DNA from: the human T2T-CHM13v2.0 reference genome, Homo sapiens
Direction: 5' to 3' (one strand)
Length of the DNA: 64,000 bases
Assembly (NCBI RefSeq): GCF_009914755.1
Contig: NC_060932.1
Position numbers and translations under genes: made by a program. Positions 34,317 through 48,671 of the stretch are shown here, one piece after another (position 1 is the stretch's first letter; each line of letters opens with the position of its first letter). The notes beneath the pieces are model-generated. The model was not told where the DNA came from, made no database searches, and worked only from the letters and a program-made list of their open reading frames with translations.

Positions 34317-34749
34317 TACATTTGTTCTCATTGCCCTCCTGGCTCTCTCTCATGTTAATGCTTAGATTCAGGTAAGATAGAAACCAGGTTCTTGGGCAAC
34401 CCTCGAAAAGTCTGTATGTTGGATATATGTTTCAATCTTCTCTTTGCCTCCCCAAGGGAGAAGCCCCTGAAGAGTTTCTTACAATTACACTGCATTGAGC
34501 CAGGGAAAGGCACTATATGGTGAGTAGTGCCACAAATTAACGTGGCTGATTTTGTGCATCTGGGGTGCAGGAACCTCATAACTTTTTTCAGGATTTCTCA
34601 TGAAGGGAATTATTCTGTGTATTGTAGAATCGGTGTCTCTGTGAGGAGAAGGAGGGTCTGAGGCTTCTTATTTTGCTATCTGGCTTGCTAGATACATATT
34701 TTAAAATTATCTTGTAATGTCATTAAAAAGCAGTGTTAAAAACTTTTCT

Positions 34750-35024
34750 AGCAGCATCATGTAAAAAAGAAACAAGTGAAGTTCATTTCAATAATATCTT
34801 CTGTTTAACTGAGTATATCCTTACTACCATTTCAACATGTAATCATTTTAAAATTATTAATAAGATATTTTACATTCTTTATTTTGCAATGTTTTTAAAT
34901 CTTGTAATGTTTTTTAAAACACAGTGTCAATTTTACACTTAGAACACACTTTAGTTTGATTTACCCACAGTTTATGTGCTCAACAATCACATGTGGCCGG
35001 TAGCTACTGTATTGGATAACATAA
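34750..35024. mobile_element. MER33-like hAT-Charlie DNA transposon
   Basis: aaaaagaaacaagtgaa; atttcaacatgtaatca; cacatgtggc..tagctactgtattgga. Confidence 0.8.
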
Positions 35025-36706
35025 ATCTGTAATATAGATATCTGTAATATAGATTTACTCTTATTAACAAATTAAAAAAGACAACCATAATACTAATTTA
35101 GGGCCATTCACAGAGGAGAAAATCTGAATGACCAAAAACATATGTAAAAGTATTTTTTTATAGAGAAATAAGGTCAAAGAATAAGATACCATTTTATATC
35201 TATTGGATTGTCAAGATGTTTAAGAGAAACAGAAGAAAATCATAAAACTTTTGGGTGGTTCTTTCTATGACTGCCTTTTTTCAAACAGAAAAGAATATTT
35301 TTTCCTTCCACTTGATATGAATCTAATTTGCATTTCTGTCCTCGTTGGAAATGATGACATGACGGAATGAGAAAATGAGTAATGATATGGTTACATTAGT
35401 TTGTTTCTTGTACTTATGGATGAGCCTCTATAAATCAATCAAACGTTATCAGACTTTAGCTTTAAAAACAAAATTACTCAAATTCAGTTCATCAAGTTTT
35501 ATAGACTTTAGCTATAAAAACAAAAAATATGGTTTAGATTTTTATATATGAAATGTTATTTTAGCATAGGCTTTCATTATAGTCCGAAGGATTTACATCT
35601 CTGAGAGATTTTAATTTTTTGGTTGTTCTGACAGGTTGATTTCAAATTTCTCTCCAAATTAATTTTTATTATCCAGTGAATTTCCATCAATCTCTCAATT
35701 ATAGCAAATGATCTGTATGTGACTACCTATAGAAATCAATCTTGGGAAGAATTCCTTTTTGGAAGGACTACCTTTAATTGCTGTCAGTATGTTTGAAAGT
35801 TCAGATTTCTGCAGATTGAGCATTTTTTAGACAGCGGCTCACCTACAGAGGGTAAAATGTTTCCCGGCCACCAGCTTTAAGATCTGTCTGTATATCTGCC
35901 TGTGGTTAGTCTTAGTCAAGCAGAACCATTGATGAGAACAAACATTTTTTTTTCTGTGATTGAATAAAAGGACTAGGGGAATTGCCCTTAAAATAAAGAC
36001 AGAAAAAAGAAGCAAGCTGTTTTATTCCCTGGGTATTGTCATTAGAGAAGAGACCAAAGCACAATGGCCAAGCTGAAGAATGAGTGTCATTGAAACAAGA
36101 AATCTGGGCCAGACCAGCCCGGGGCACAAGGGATTGTGGGTAACCAAGTCTTCTGAATGTCACTTAAAAGGGTTCCACCAGGCGCACACACCTTAAAATG
36201 ATGCTTCTAATTGTTCTTCCTTTCTTTTTTTCTTTCACAAATCACAAAGATAAAGTTGGGGAAAAGCCCAGCAGGAAGAGCCAGCTGCTGAGCCTGTTAT
36301 GAGAAGAAAGACCTCGGTAGAATGCTAATTTTTCTTTATTATCTTACCCTCTACAAAAGGCCAGCGGGCAGGTGAACACTCTGCCGAGAGAATCTGTGGA
36401 GTTTTGATCAGGAGCAGCAGTCTGTCTGCTGTGGTGGAATTATCTAAAAATCTCCACGAACAGGGTAGGAGAAAGAAGCGGTAACCTATGTGATTTCCAT
36501 CAATTCTCCAAGGCCATATATAGCTTGCTGGTGGACTGAGGAAAGATAACAGGCTCTGCTCTCCTTAGCTGGAGACACACAGCTTCCAGAACACAGGCAC
36601 ATTGAAGAGAAGCAGCAATGTGTATTGTAATTACTTCTGGGAAAGAAGACAGGTTTGGAATCAGGCTTCTATAGCAAAGGAGGTCTTTGCACAAGCTACT
36701 GTGCTC

Positions 36707-36723
36707 CTCTCTCCCTCTCTCTG

Positions 36724-36770
<47 letters not shown>
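36707..36770. repeat. Compound (CT)n(CA)n microsatellite
   Basis: Direct read. Confidence 0.95.
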
Positions 36771-36773
<3 letters not shown>

Positions 36774-36876
36774 CCCAATGCACTCAGCACTGCAAACACC
36801 CAGAGGACCACGATCAATTGTTCAAAGCACAGTGATCCTGATCTGCCACTCAGGAAATGCAAATACTGATGTTTGA

Positions 36877-37350
<474 letters not shown>

Positions 37351-37914
37351 ACCAACATTTCTTTATTATGTTTCAAACAGTTCCCGTGGGCTACTACCAC
37401 TTTTCAGCTCAGAGAACTACCTCATCTCCAAGAGTTAAAAGTCACAGTCCCAAGGGTGCTTCAGGACGTTTACTAGTTCGTGTTTGGCCACGCACCTTTA
37501 GCGCTCAGTTCTTGCAACGTCTTCTCTCCAAGTAAATTCACCGACAGGCCGAAGGGAGGAGGTGTTGCTAGTCCCTGCCTCTGCTAGTCCCAGTTAAGAA
37601 TCATTCGCTCTCAGTCCTGCCCCACTTACAAATCAATCCTGATGGAGGTAGAAAAATCCACTGCCAGAGTGGGCAGACCAGACTGAGAGATCCAGAATTA
37701 GAACTTGCTGTAAACTCACTTACTATCCTGGATTTCCTACGCATGCCCGTTGGGTCAAAGACCTCCCCTGACCCCCAAGATATTGCTTACCCCTGCATAA
37801 TCACTTTAGCTATTGTTAAAAATGCAGATCCCTGAATCTCACCCCAAACTTTTAAATATGGGTGGGCCTGGACATCTGTATTTTAACCGAGGAAGACCAA
37901 TAGCCTATAAGAAG

Positions 37915-38142
37915 GAATATAATGCAGTGACTAAGAACACAAGCTCTGGAGAGATTCTCTGCTCTTTCCCTTAATCTTGGTGTAATCTTGGGGAAAATTA
38001 CTTAACTTTCCTCTGGCTCATTGGTTGGATGGTGATAATCACCTTAATACCATCCCCACAGAAAGGATTAAATGAGTAAACCAGTTGAAAGTGCCTAGAA
38101 TGGTGCCAGGCCCATAGTAAGGCTTGATAAATGCCAGTTATT
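37915..38142 (+). mobile_element. MIR SINE
   Basis: agtgactaagaacacaagctctggag...aggattaaatgag...catagtaagg. Confidence 0.8.
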
Positions 38143-38236
38143 CCTCATAATGTAATAAGCACCTCAGAGAATTCTTAGAATCAAGTTTGAGATCCACAGG
38201 TCCAGTGTGTTTATCTTGGATTATAAATCTACTTTT

Positions 38237-38421
38237 TGGCTGGACACAGTGGCTCATGCCTGGAATCTCAGCACTTTGGGAAGCTGAGGTGAATGGACTG
38301 CTTGAAGCCAGGAATTCAAGATTGCAGTGAGCTACAATTGCGCCACTGTACTTCAGCCTGGGTGACAGAGCAAGACCCTGTCTCAAAAACAACAACAACA
38401 ACACCAACAAAACAAAACAAA
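38237..38421 (+). mobile_element. Alu monomer (FRAM/FAM-like)
   Basis: Single arm, (CAA)n tail; TSD aaatctactttt/aaatctgctttt. Confidence 0.88.
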
Positions 38422-38802
38422 TCTGCTTTTTGCTTAGCCCTCCTGAGTCCTCCTGGGTTTGGAGCTCTGTGTTGTCCTCTCAACCTGTGTCTCTCAAACT
38501 TAGACCCACTTGACTCTCTAGTAAATCTTTCCTACCCTTCTCTGTGCATGCTGGGAATGGGTGTCTTACCCAGTTCCTGCCTGCCCTTTAGTCAGAATGG
38601 ACTGGTCACTGAGAACAGGAATGCTGCTGTCGGCTTGAGGAGTATCTGCTCCCCAAATGGGGAAAAATACATTTTCTGTATTTTGGCCCCAACCATAGGA
38701 AGTCCCTGATCATTCCATATAATTTGTCATCAGAGATTGTTCCATCCTAGCCCAAGCTGCTATGCTTCTTTGGGCACAGTACATTAGGAAAGGACCCCTT
38801 CT

Positions 38803-39091
38803 GGCTGGGCACAGTGGCTCATACCTGTAATCCCAGCACTTTGGGAGGCCAAGGCAGGAGGATCACTTGAGATCAGGAGCTCGAGACCAGTCTGAGGAAC
38901 ATGGAGAAACCATGTCTCTGCTAAAAATACAGAAACTAGCTGGTCTTGGCAGTGCCCACCTGTAATCACAGCTACTCGGGAGGCTGAGGCAGAAGAATCA
39001 CTTGAACCCAGGAGGCAGAGGTTGGAGTGAGCAGAGATCATCCTGCTGCACTCCAGCCTGGGTGACAGAGTAAGACTCTGTCTCAAAAAAA
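38803..39091 (+). mobile_element. Alu SINE (AluS/J)
   Basis: Dimer with short A tail. Confidence 0.94.
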
Positions 39092-39121
39092 GACAGACTC
39101 CTCCCCTTAGGGATCCAACCT

Positions 39122-39234
39122 CAGAGTGACCACCTGTCTCATTTTTCCCAGGACTGTCTTGATTCTAGCACTGAAAGTCTCAAGTCCCTGGAAATCTCTC
39201 AATCCCAGGTAAACCAGGTTGGTTGGTCACCCTG
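39122..39234. mobile_element. MER94-like hAT-Blackjack MITE
   Basis: TIRs cagagtgacca...tggtcaccctg. Confidence 0.75.
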
Positions 39235-39358
39235 TCCCCTGTAGTTACTGGGTTGGGTCACCGGTAGACCAAGCAGAAATGCCTAATCTGACTCCCAGTC
39301 ACAAGGCAGTGACTGACCTGGGGCCTGGCCTTAGCCATAAAAAACCTACAGAGGCACG

Positions 39359-39691
<333 letters not shown>

Positions 39692-40934
39692 CTACAGAGG
39701 CATGCATCTCAGAGCAAGAGAGACCTTGACTGTGTTGGTTTAGGCCACCCAGGCCTGGAAAACATAATAGCACTCGATTTGCAAAGCTGACAGAGCACAG
39801 TTGTACCAAACTCTTCATGTTTTCTGTAACTCAGTAGAGATCCAAGGACTCCCACACTGTGGTGCTTCACGGTAGACACTCAAAGTTTGTATCCTCCAGT
39901 CTGCCAAGTTTTCTAATGTGAATAACAGCAAGAGCTATAAATATCAATTCTTCCCTGGGTCTAGAGATTTATAGACTGATTACAGTTGAGTTGAAGAATG
40001 GCAGAAAGGCTTGCTTTCTTAATTTTTCAGAAGAGATTTGGGAGGGAGAAAACAAGGATCTAGATTTTATAGAGCTGTAGAAATTACCAATATTGCCAAG
40101 GTGGTTAATCAACACCCAAAGACAAAACAAAATCTCACCCTGTGCTTGCATATATAGTCCTCTAGCCCCAGTAGGTGTGAGTAATAATACTGAAATGAAG
40201 GAAATTACTTGAAGGAAATTGCCTGAATGGGACTGTTACAAGAGCAGGGTAGGGCTTACTTAATTAAAGCACAGTTTAATTACTGCTATAACTTAAGGCA
40301 ATGCTGTACTGCGCAATAAGGTGAGAATATGAGAGGCTTGGGCCTTGGTGGATAACAATTAATTTCAAACAGTTTTTGGGGGGTGTTGGTAAAGCATGAT
40401 TAAATACAGGAACAGGCTGATAAATGAATCATTAGGGAAGCGCATTTTTAACTAAATAGAAATGAGTCTAGGAAGAATAGAAAAAAGTCATTATAATTAT
40501 CATTGTGTGGCCTTGTTAGGGAAGAGAGGGAGGATGGTCTCCAGGTCAGAATAATAGCCCAACCTACCTTGAGCTCAGGTTCTGCCTCTTTGATGGAATC
40601 TGGTTCTCCTGGGAAGTGCCCAGGAAGTAGTAAGCTCATCATCGCAGCAGGGCTGCTCAGAAAAATCCCTGAACCTCCGCTTTCCTTGGGTCATACCCTG
40701 CTCCAAACCATCACTATGTCTCTGCTGTCTCCGAGAGGCCAGAGTCCTAGTGCAAAATCCACATCGGGCCTCCCCTTCTCCTTGACTAATTTCTGGCAAG
40801 AACATTCTCTTTTCAGACTGTAGTCTTTTGTTTTTGTTTTTCATTTGTCAACCGGGAAGAGAAAAATCTTCTCTTACCAACCTCAAAATAAAATTGTAAG
40901 ATGAAACAACATATAAAGGTATCGGTAAAGGAAG

Positions 40935-41258
40935 TTTTTTGTTTTTGTTTGTTTGTTTTGTTTTGTTTTGTTTTGTTTGATATGAAGTCTTGCTCTGTTG
41001 CCCAGGCTGGAGTGCAGTGGCACAGTCTTGGCTCATTGCAACCTCCGCCTCCTGGGTTCAAGCAATTCTATGCCTCAGCCTCCCAAGTAGCTGGGATTAC
41101 AGGGCCTGTCACCACGCCTGGCTAATTTTTGTACTTTTAGTAGAGACAGCGTTTCGCCATGTTGGCCAGGCTGGTCTCGAACTCCTGACCTCAGGTAATC
41201 CATCTGCCTCGGCCTCCGAAAATGCTTGGATTACAAGTGTGAGCCACTGCACCCAGCC
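40935..41258 (-). mobile_element. Alu SINE (AluSx-like)
   Basis: Reverse dimer, (TTTTG)n tail. Confidence 0.95.
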
Positions 41259-41458
41259 AGGAAAAGGTTCTTCTAGTCAAACATGAAGATGAGACAGGAA
41301 CATAAAACATTGTCTTTCATTTAAGGGAATTGTCCAAGCTGAGTGAGAATGAGAAAAAAGGAAGTCCTCGACCTGTTCAGAAATTTATATACGTATCAGT
41401 GTATTCAAAGAATTTCCATATACTCTTTATTCAAATTCACCAATTGTTTTTAACATGT

Positions 41459-42277
<819 letters not shown>

Positions 42278-43275
42278 ATGTTACCTCATTTGTTCTGTCT
42301 CTCTCTCCACACATGCACATACACACAAAACACACATTATTATATAGAGTATGTTGACTATCACTGTGTTTAGAACATGTAATCACAGTAGTTACAAAAT
42401 TTGGAAGTTCAACATAGACATAATAAATGCTTTATCAAAGACATATTCCAATTTTGTCAGTGGTTCTGATGAGAGCTTTATACCATGGTTTTTTTTTTCC
42501 CCTTCACTTCAGGATACAGTCCAGGGTCAGGTATGATGTTAAATTGTCACATCTCTTTATTTTCCTTTAATCTGTAATTGTCCTGTCTTTCTTTATCTTT
42601 CAAAACGTTGGTACTTTTGAAGGCAACAGGCCAGTTATTTTACATAATGTTTTTCAGTTTGGATTTGTTTGATGTTTCTTCATGATTAGATTCAAGTTTT
42701 GCATTGATGGCCAGAAAACAAACAAACAAAAAAACCCTGATATTGTATCCTCTTGGAGCATTGTATCTGCAGGCACACAACGCCCATCTGCCTCTCATTA
42801 CCGGTGTTAATTGTGATCACTTAGTTTAGATGCTGTCCAGTTTCTCCACTGCATTATCACTATTTGCCCTTACAACCACGAAATATTCTGTGGGGAGGCA
42901 CAGTAAGACCAGATAAATAAACTGCTCCTCATCAAACTCCCTTTCTACCTCAGATTTAGCATCTATTGTTGATTCTTACCCAAAACAATCTTCACTGTGA
43001 TCATTGCAAAATAATGGTTTTTAACTCCATTACTTCCTGCACATTTATCAGTTGGCAGGGAGTGATACAGTTAAAAATCACGAGTTTTATTTTTAATGAA
43101 TGAGCTTTATGAATGAACTCTTCCTCCTCACTCTCCTCTCTTTCTCTTCTGTCTCTCTCTCTGCCTGGTTGTCTATCATCAGTATAGACTCAGGGCTCCT
43201 GTTCTGGTAAAGGATCATCATCCAATACAGTTCTTGTTTACTTTCATGCTCAAATTCTCCTAGATGAATGAACTC

Positions 43276-43276
<1 letters not shown>

Positions 43277-43324
<48 letters not shown>

Positions 43325-43350
43325 ATCTATCTAATCTGTCTATCTACCTA
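43277..43350. repeat. (TCTA)n tetranucleotide STR
   Basis: About 11 perfect units, then degenerate. Confidence 0.95.
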
Positions 43351-43398
43351 CCTACCTTTCAATCTACCATCTGTCTCTTTATTATTATTATTTAGTTA

Positions 43399-43691
43399 CT
43401 TTTTTTTGAGACAAGGTCTTGCTCTGTTACCCAGGCTGGAGTGCAATGGTGTGATCACAGCTCACTACAGCCTTGATTTCCTAGGCTCAAACGATTCTCC
43501 TACCTCAGCTTCCCAAGTAACTGGGAGTACAGGCATGTGCCTCTGCACCCAAATTTTTAAAAATTTTTTGTAGAGATGGGAGTCTTGCTGTGTTGCCGAG
43601 GCTGATCTGCAACTCCTAGGGTGCAAGCAATCCTCCTACCTTGGCCCTGCAAAGTGTTGGGATTATAGGCATGAACCACCATGCCTGGGCT
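43399..43691 (-). mobile_element. Alu SINE (AluJ-like)
   Basis: Diverged reverse dimer. Confidence 0.93.
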
Positions 43692-45321
43692 ATCTAGTTC
43701 TTTATTATCAGTAAGGACTCATAGTTCATGAGTCATTTATTTACATGTCCATTCATAAATAAACATTCTGATGCCCCAATTTTTTTAAGTTTAGCCAGTG
43801 AGAACTCCTTCAATGTAGCCATGGTATTTACAAATGAATATCTGGCTACTAGATGTGTTAATTGCTTTTAGGTCCTTTTAGCAGATAGTACTAGAAAATA
43901 TCCATAATTTTAATATACTTGAAATATGAGTCTATACAGATACTTCCAATTTCAACCCAATCCCTCCATAGTGTTCTTTCTTGCCTTTCTCAACTCTACA
44001 TTTTTATATCTTCCTTCTTCCACAGCGAGTATCCTGGCTCCCAATAATATCATCATATATGCTTTTTTGCTCGATTCCACAATACATATAAAATGACTTC
44101 AGAATTTCTATTCTAAAACCACTATGAAAAACAAAAAAGAAAACAAAAAACCATAAAACCCTCTAAGAAGCTCAAGATTTGTTTGCAGTTTTCCCCTAGA
44201 CTGAGGGTATATAACTAAAGGACTGTGTTCAAATGTTCCCTGTATGTATTAGTCTGTTCTATTGCTATAAATTACCCCCTGAGACAGGGTAATTTATAAA
44301 GAAAAGAGTTTTAATTGGCTTATGGTTCTGCAGGCTCTACAGGCTTCTGTTTCTGGGGAGGCCTCAGGAAACACAATCCTGGCTGAAGGTGAAGGAAAAG
44401 CAGGCACCTTTTCACATGGCCAGGAGGAGAGAGAGAAGGAGAGGAAGAAGGAGGAGAGAGGAGAGACATTGAGATTGAGTTAAGGGGGGAAGTGCTACAC
44501 ACTTTAAAACAACCAGTTCTCATGATAACTTTATTATGTGACAGCACTAGGGGAATGGTGTTAAACCATTAGAAACCACTCCCATGATCCAATCACCTGC
44601 CACCAGGCCCCACCTCCGACACTCAAGATAACAATTCAACGTGAGTTTTGGGTGGGGACACAGACCCAAACCATATCATTTTGCCCCTGGCCCCTCCCAA
44701 ATCTCATGTCCTTCTCACATTGCAAAATACAATCGTCCCTTCTCAACAGTTCCCCAAAGTCTTAATTCATTCCAGCATCAACTCAAAAGTCTAAGTCCAA
44801 AATCTCATCAGAGACAAAGCAAGTCCCTTCAGCCTATGAACCTATAAAATAAAAAAAGAAGTTATTTACCTCCAAGATAAAATGGGGGTACAGGCAGCGG
44901 GTAAATACTTCCTTTCCAAAAGAGAGAAATTGGCCAAAACAAAGGGGCTATAGGCCCCATGCAAGTCTGAAACCCAGCAGGGCAGTCATTAAATCTTAAA
45001 GCTCCAAAATAATCTCCTTTGACTCCATGTCTCACATCCAGGCCACACTGATGCAAGGGATGGGCTCCCAAGGCCTTGGGCAGCTCTACCCCTGTGACTC
45101 TGCAGGGTACAGCCTCCATACCTGCTTTTATGGGCTGGTGTTTAGTGCCTGTGGCTTTTCCAGGCACACAATGCAAGTTGTCAATGGATCTACTATTCCG
45201 GGGTCTAGATCATGGTGGCCCTCTTTTCAAAGATCCACTAGGCAGTACCCCAGTGGGGACTCGATGTGGGGGCTCCAACCACACAGTTCCCCTCTGCACT
45301 GCCCTAGTAGACGTTCTCCTT

Positions 45322-45391
45322 GAGCATTGTATCTGCTGGTACACGATGCCCATCTGTCCCTCATTACTGGTGTTAATTGTGATCACTTAGT
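45322..45391 (+). repeat. 70-bp copy of L1 segment 42756-42825 inserted in MST-int
   Basis: 63/70 identical, ungapped. Confidence 0.9.
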
Positions 45392-45464
45392 CTGTGATCA
45401 CTGCAGCAGACTTCTGCCTGGACATCCAGGTGTTTCCATGTATCCTCTGGAATCTAGGTGGAGG

Positions 45465-45550
45465 GCTGCTTTGCCTATGGAGTAGCCATTCTTTTATTCC
45501 TTTACTTTCTTAATAAACTTGCTTTCACTTTAAGAACAAACAAGAAAAGA
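45465..45550 (+). mobile_element. Retroposed LTR-derived 3' end (MER41-group-like) with A-rich tail
   Basis: AATAAA 45512-45517, A-rich tail 45532-45550, 14-bp TSD aatctaggtggagg. Confidence 0.85.
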
Positions 45551-45876
45551 AATCTAGGTGGAGGCTCCCAAGCCTCATTCTTGCTCTCTGGGCACCGGCA
45601 GGCTTAACACTGTGTAGAAGCTACCAAGGCTTGGGCCTTGCACCCTGTGAAGCAATGGCCAGAACTATACCTTGGCCCCTTTTAGCCATGGCTGGAGCTG
45701 AGGTATCCATGATGCAGAGCATTATGTCCTGAGGATGCACAGAGCAGCAGATCCCTGGACCTGACCCATGAAATCATTTTTTCCCTCCTACACTTCCAGG
45801 TCTGTGATGGGAGGGGCCACCACAAAGGTCCCTGAAACGTCTCGGTGGCATTTTCCCTATTGTCTTGGCTATTAAC

Positions 45877-46182
<306 letters not shown>

Positions 46183-48357
46183 TATTAACATTTTGCTCCT
46201 CTTATGCAAATTTCTACAGTAGGCTTGAGTTCCTCCCCAGAAAATGTTTTTTTCTTTTCTACCACATGGTCAGGCTGCAAATTTTCTAAACTTATGTGCT
46301 CTGCTTTCCTTTTAAATATAAGTTCCAATTTCAGATAATCACTTTGTGCACACATATTAGTGCATGCTGTTAGAAGCAGGCAAGTCACATATTGAACACT
46401 TTGCTGCTTACGAATTTCTTTCATCAGCTACCCTAAACCATCTCTCTCAAGTTCAACAATCAACAGATCCCTAGAGCAGGGGCATAATGCCGCCAGCCTC
46501 TTTGCTAAAGCATAGCAGGAGTGACCTTTACTCCAGTTCCCAATAAGTTTCTCTCCATCTGAAACCTCCTTAGCTTGGACTTCACTGTCCCTATCACTAT
46601 CAGCATTTTGGTCTCAACCATTCAACAAGTCTCTAGGAAGCTCCAAAGCTTCCTTCATCTTCCTGTCCACTTCTGAGCCCTCCAAATGGTTTCAACCTCT
46701 GCCCAATAACCAGTTCCAAAGCTGCTTTCACATTTTCAGGTATCTTTATAGCAATGCCTCACTTGTCTGGTACCAATTTTCTGTATTAGTTCGTTCTCCC
46801 CATGTGTAAGTCTGTTCTCTCTGTGTTGCCCCATGCTCTAAAGAACTACCTGAGACTGGGTAATTTATAAAGAAAAGAGGTTTAATTGGCTATGGTTCTG
46901 TGGGCTCTACAGGCTTCTACTTCTGGAGAGGCCTCAGGATGGTGGAGGGGAACCAGGCCTATCTTCACGTGGCCAGCAAGAGAGAGAGTGAAGGGGACAT
47001 GCTACACACTTTTAAACAACCCGATCTCATGATAACTCGATTACAAGACAGAACTGGCGGTGGGGGGGATAAACCATTAGAAACCACCACCATGATTCAA
47101 TCACCTCCCATCAGGCCACACCTCCAACACTCGGGATCACAGTTCAACATGAGATTTGGGTGGGGACACAGGGTCAAACCAAATCAGTGTATTAGTACAT
47201 ACTTTCCTCCCTCAATGTGGTATGTTTTTTGTTTGTAATACTCTTTATATCATTTATTTCCAAATACATTATTTTTTAGGTTTTTTCCCCTCATTCTTGT
47301 TGATTTAACATATTAATTTGTTGACCTGCTTTCAAAAGTCATACCTGTATATGAAGATTTACTTATAAACATCTCATTCTTTTCTTTAGTTTTCCTATCC
47401 TATTTCCTTCATCCCTCATAGGTAAAAAATTTCATTGTTCTATGCTTAATTCATTGTACATACGTGTGTTTTGCAAAAGTAAGCAGATACATATATGTTT
47501 TCCTATTGCCCCATATTTCTTACACAAAACACAATGTATTACATAAACTCTTTTGCACTTTGATTTTTCTAACTTAACGAACTATCTTGAAAATAACTCC
47601 ACATATGTTTATAAAGATCTTTCCTGTTCTTTTTTTCCCCACTGCATAGTACTCCATTGGGTGTATGTATCAATATCGAACCAGTTTCCAATATTGGGCA
47701 TGTAGGTAATTGACAATAATTTGCAATGACAAATAATGAATAACCTATGCTTTTGTATTTTTATATTGTTGTAGATGTATGTTCAGGGTAGGTCTATAGA
47801 AGAGAGATTGCTGAATTCGCTGAAGGGTAAATGCGTGTGTAGTTTTGTTACATATTGCTAAATTCCACTCAACTTGGTTTACCATTTCATATGTCTCCCC
47901 GTGCTGTATGACTGAGGGAGAGTCTATTTCCCCCACAGTTTTGTCCGAAAGATATCATTAAACTTTGAATTTCTGCCTGATAGGTGAAAAATTGTATATC
48001 AGTGAGATTTTATTTTGTGTATATTATTATGAACAAAGTTGAATATATTTTCATAGGTTTAAAGGACATTTTTGTATGTTTTGTTGTGTTTTAATTGTTT
48101 ATGTCTTCTCCTATTTTTCTGTAGAGTTTTGGTCTTCATTTTCCCCTCTCAATTTTCAACAGTTTCTTAGAGATATTACCTACATATTGCAAATATTTAC
48201 AACATATTTGTCATTTGTCTTTTGACTTCATTTATGATGTATTTTTGTCATTCAAAACATTTTTAATGTAGTCAACTTTATCAGTCTTTGATGTCATTGC
48301 ATTTGGATTTGGAGTCCTAGTTTGCCTTCTCCTACATCCATATGATAGAGGAAGTAA

Positions 48358-48671
<314 letters not shown>

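Noticed and set aside
44641-45390. ORFs within the MST internal region
   Set aside because: Fragments of a decayed non-autonomous MaLR, further disrupted by insertions.
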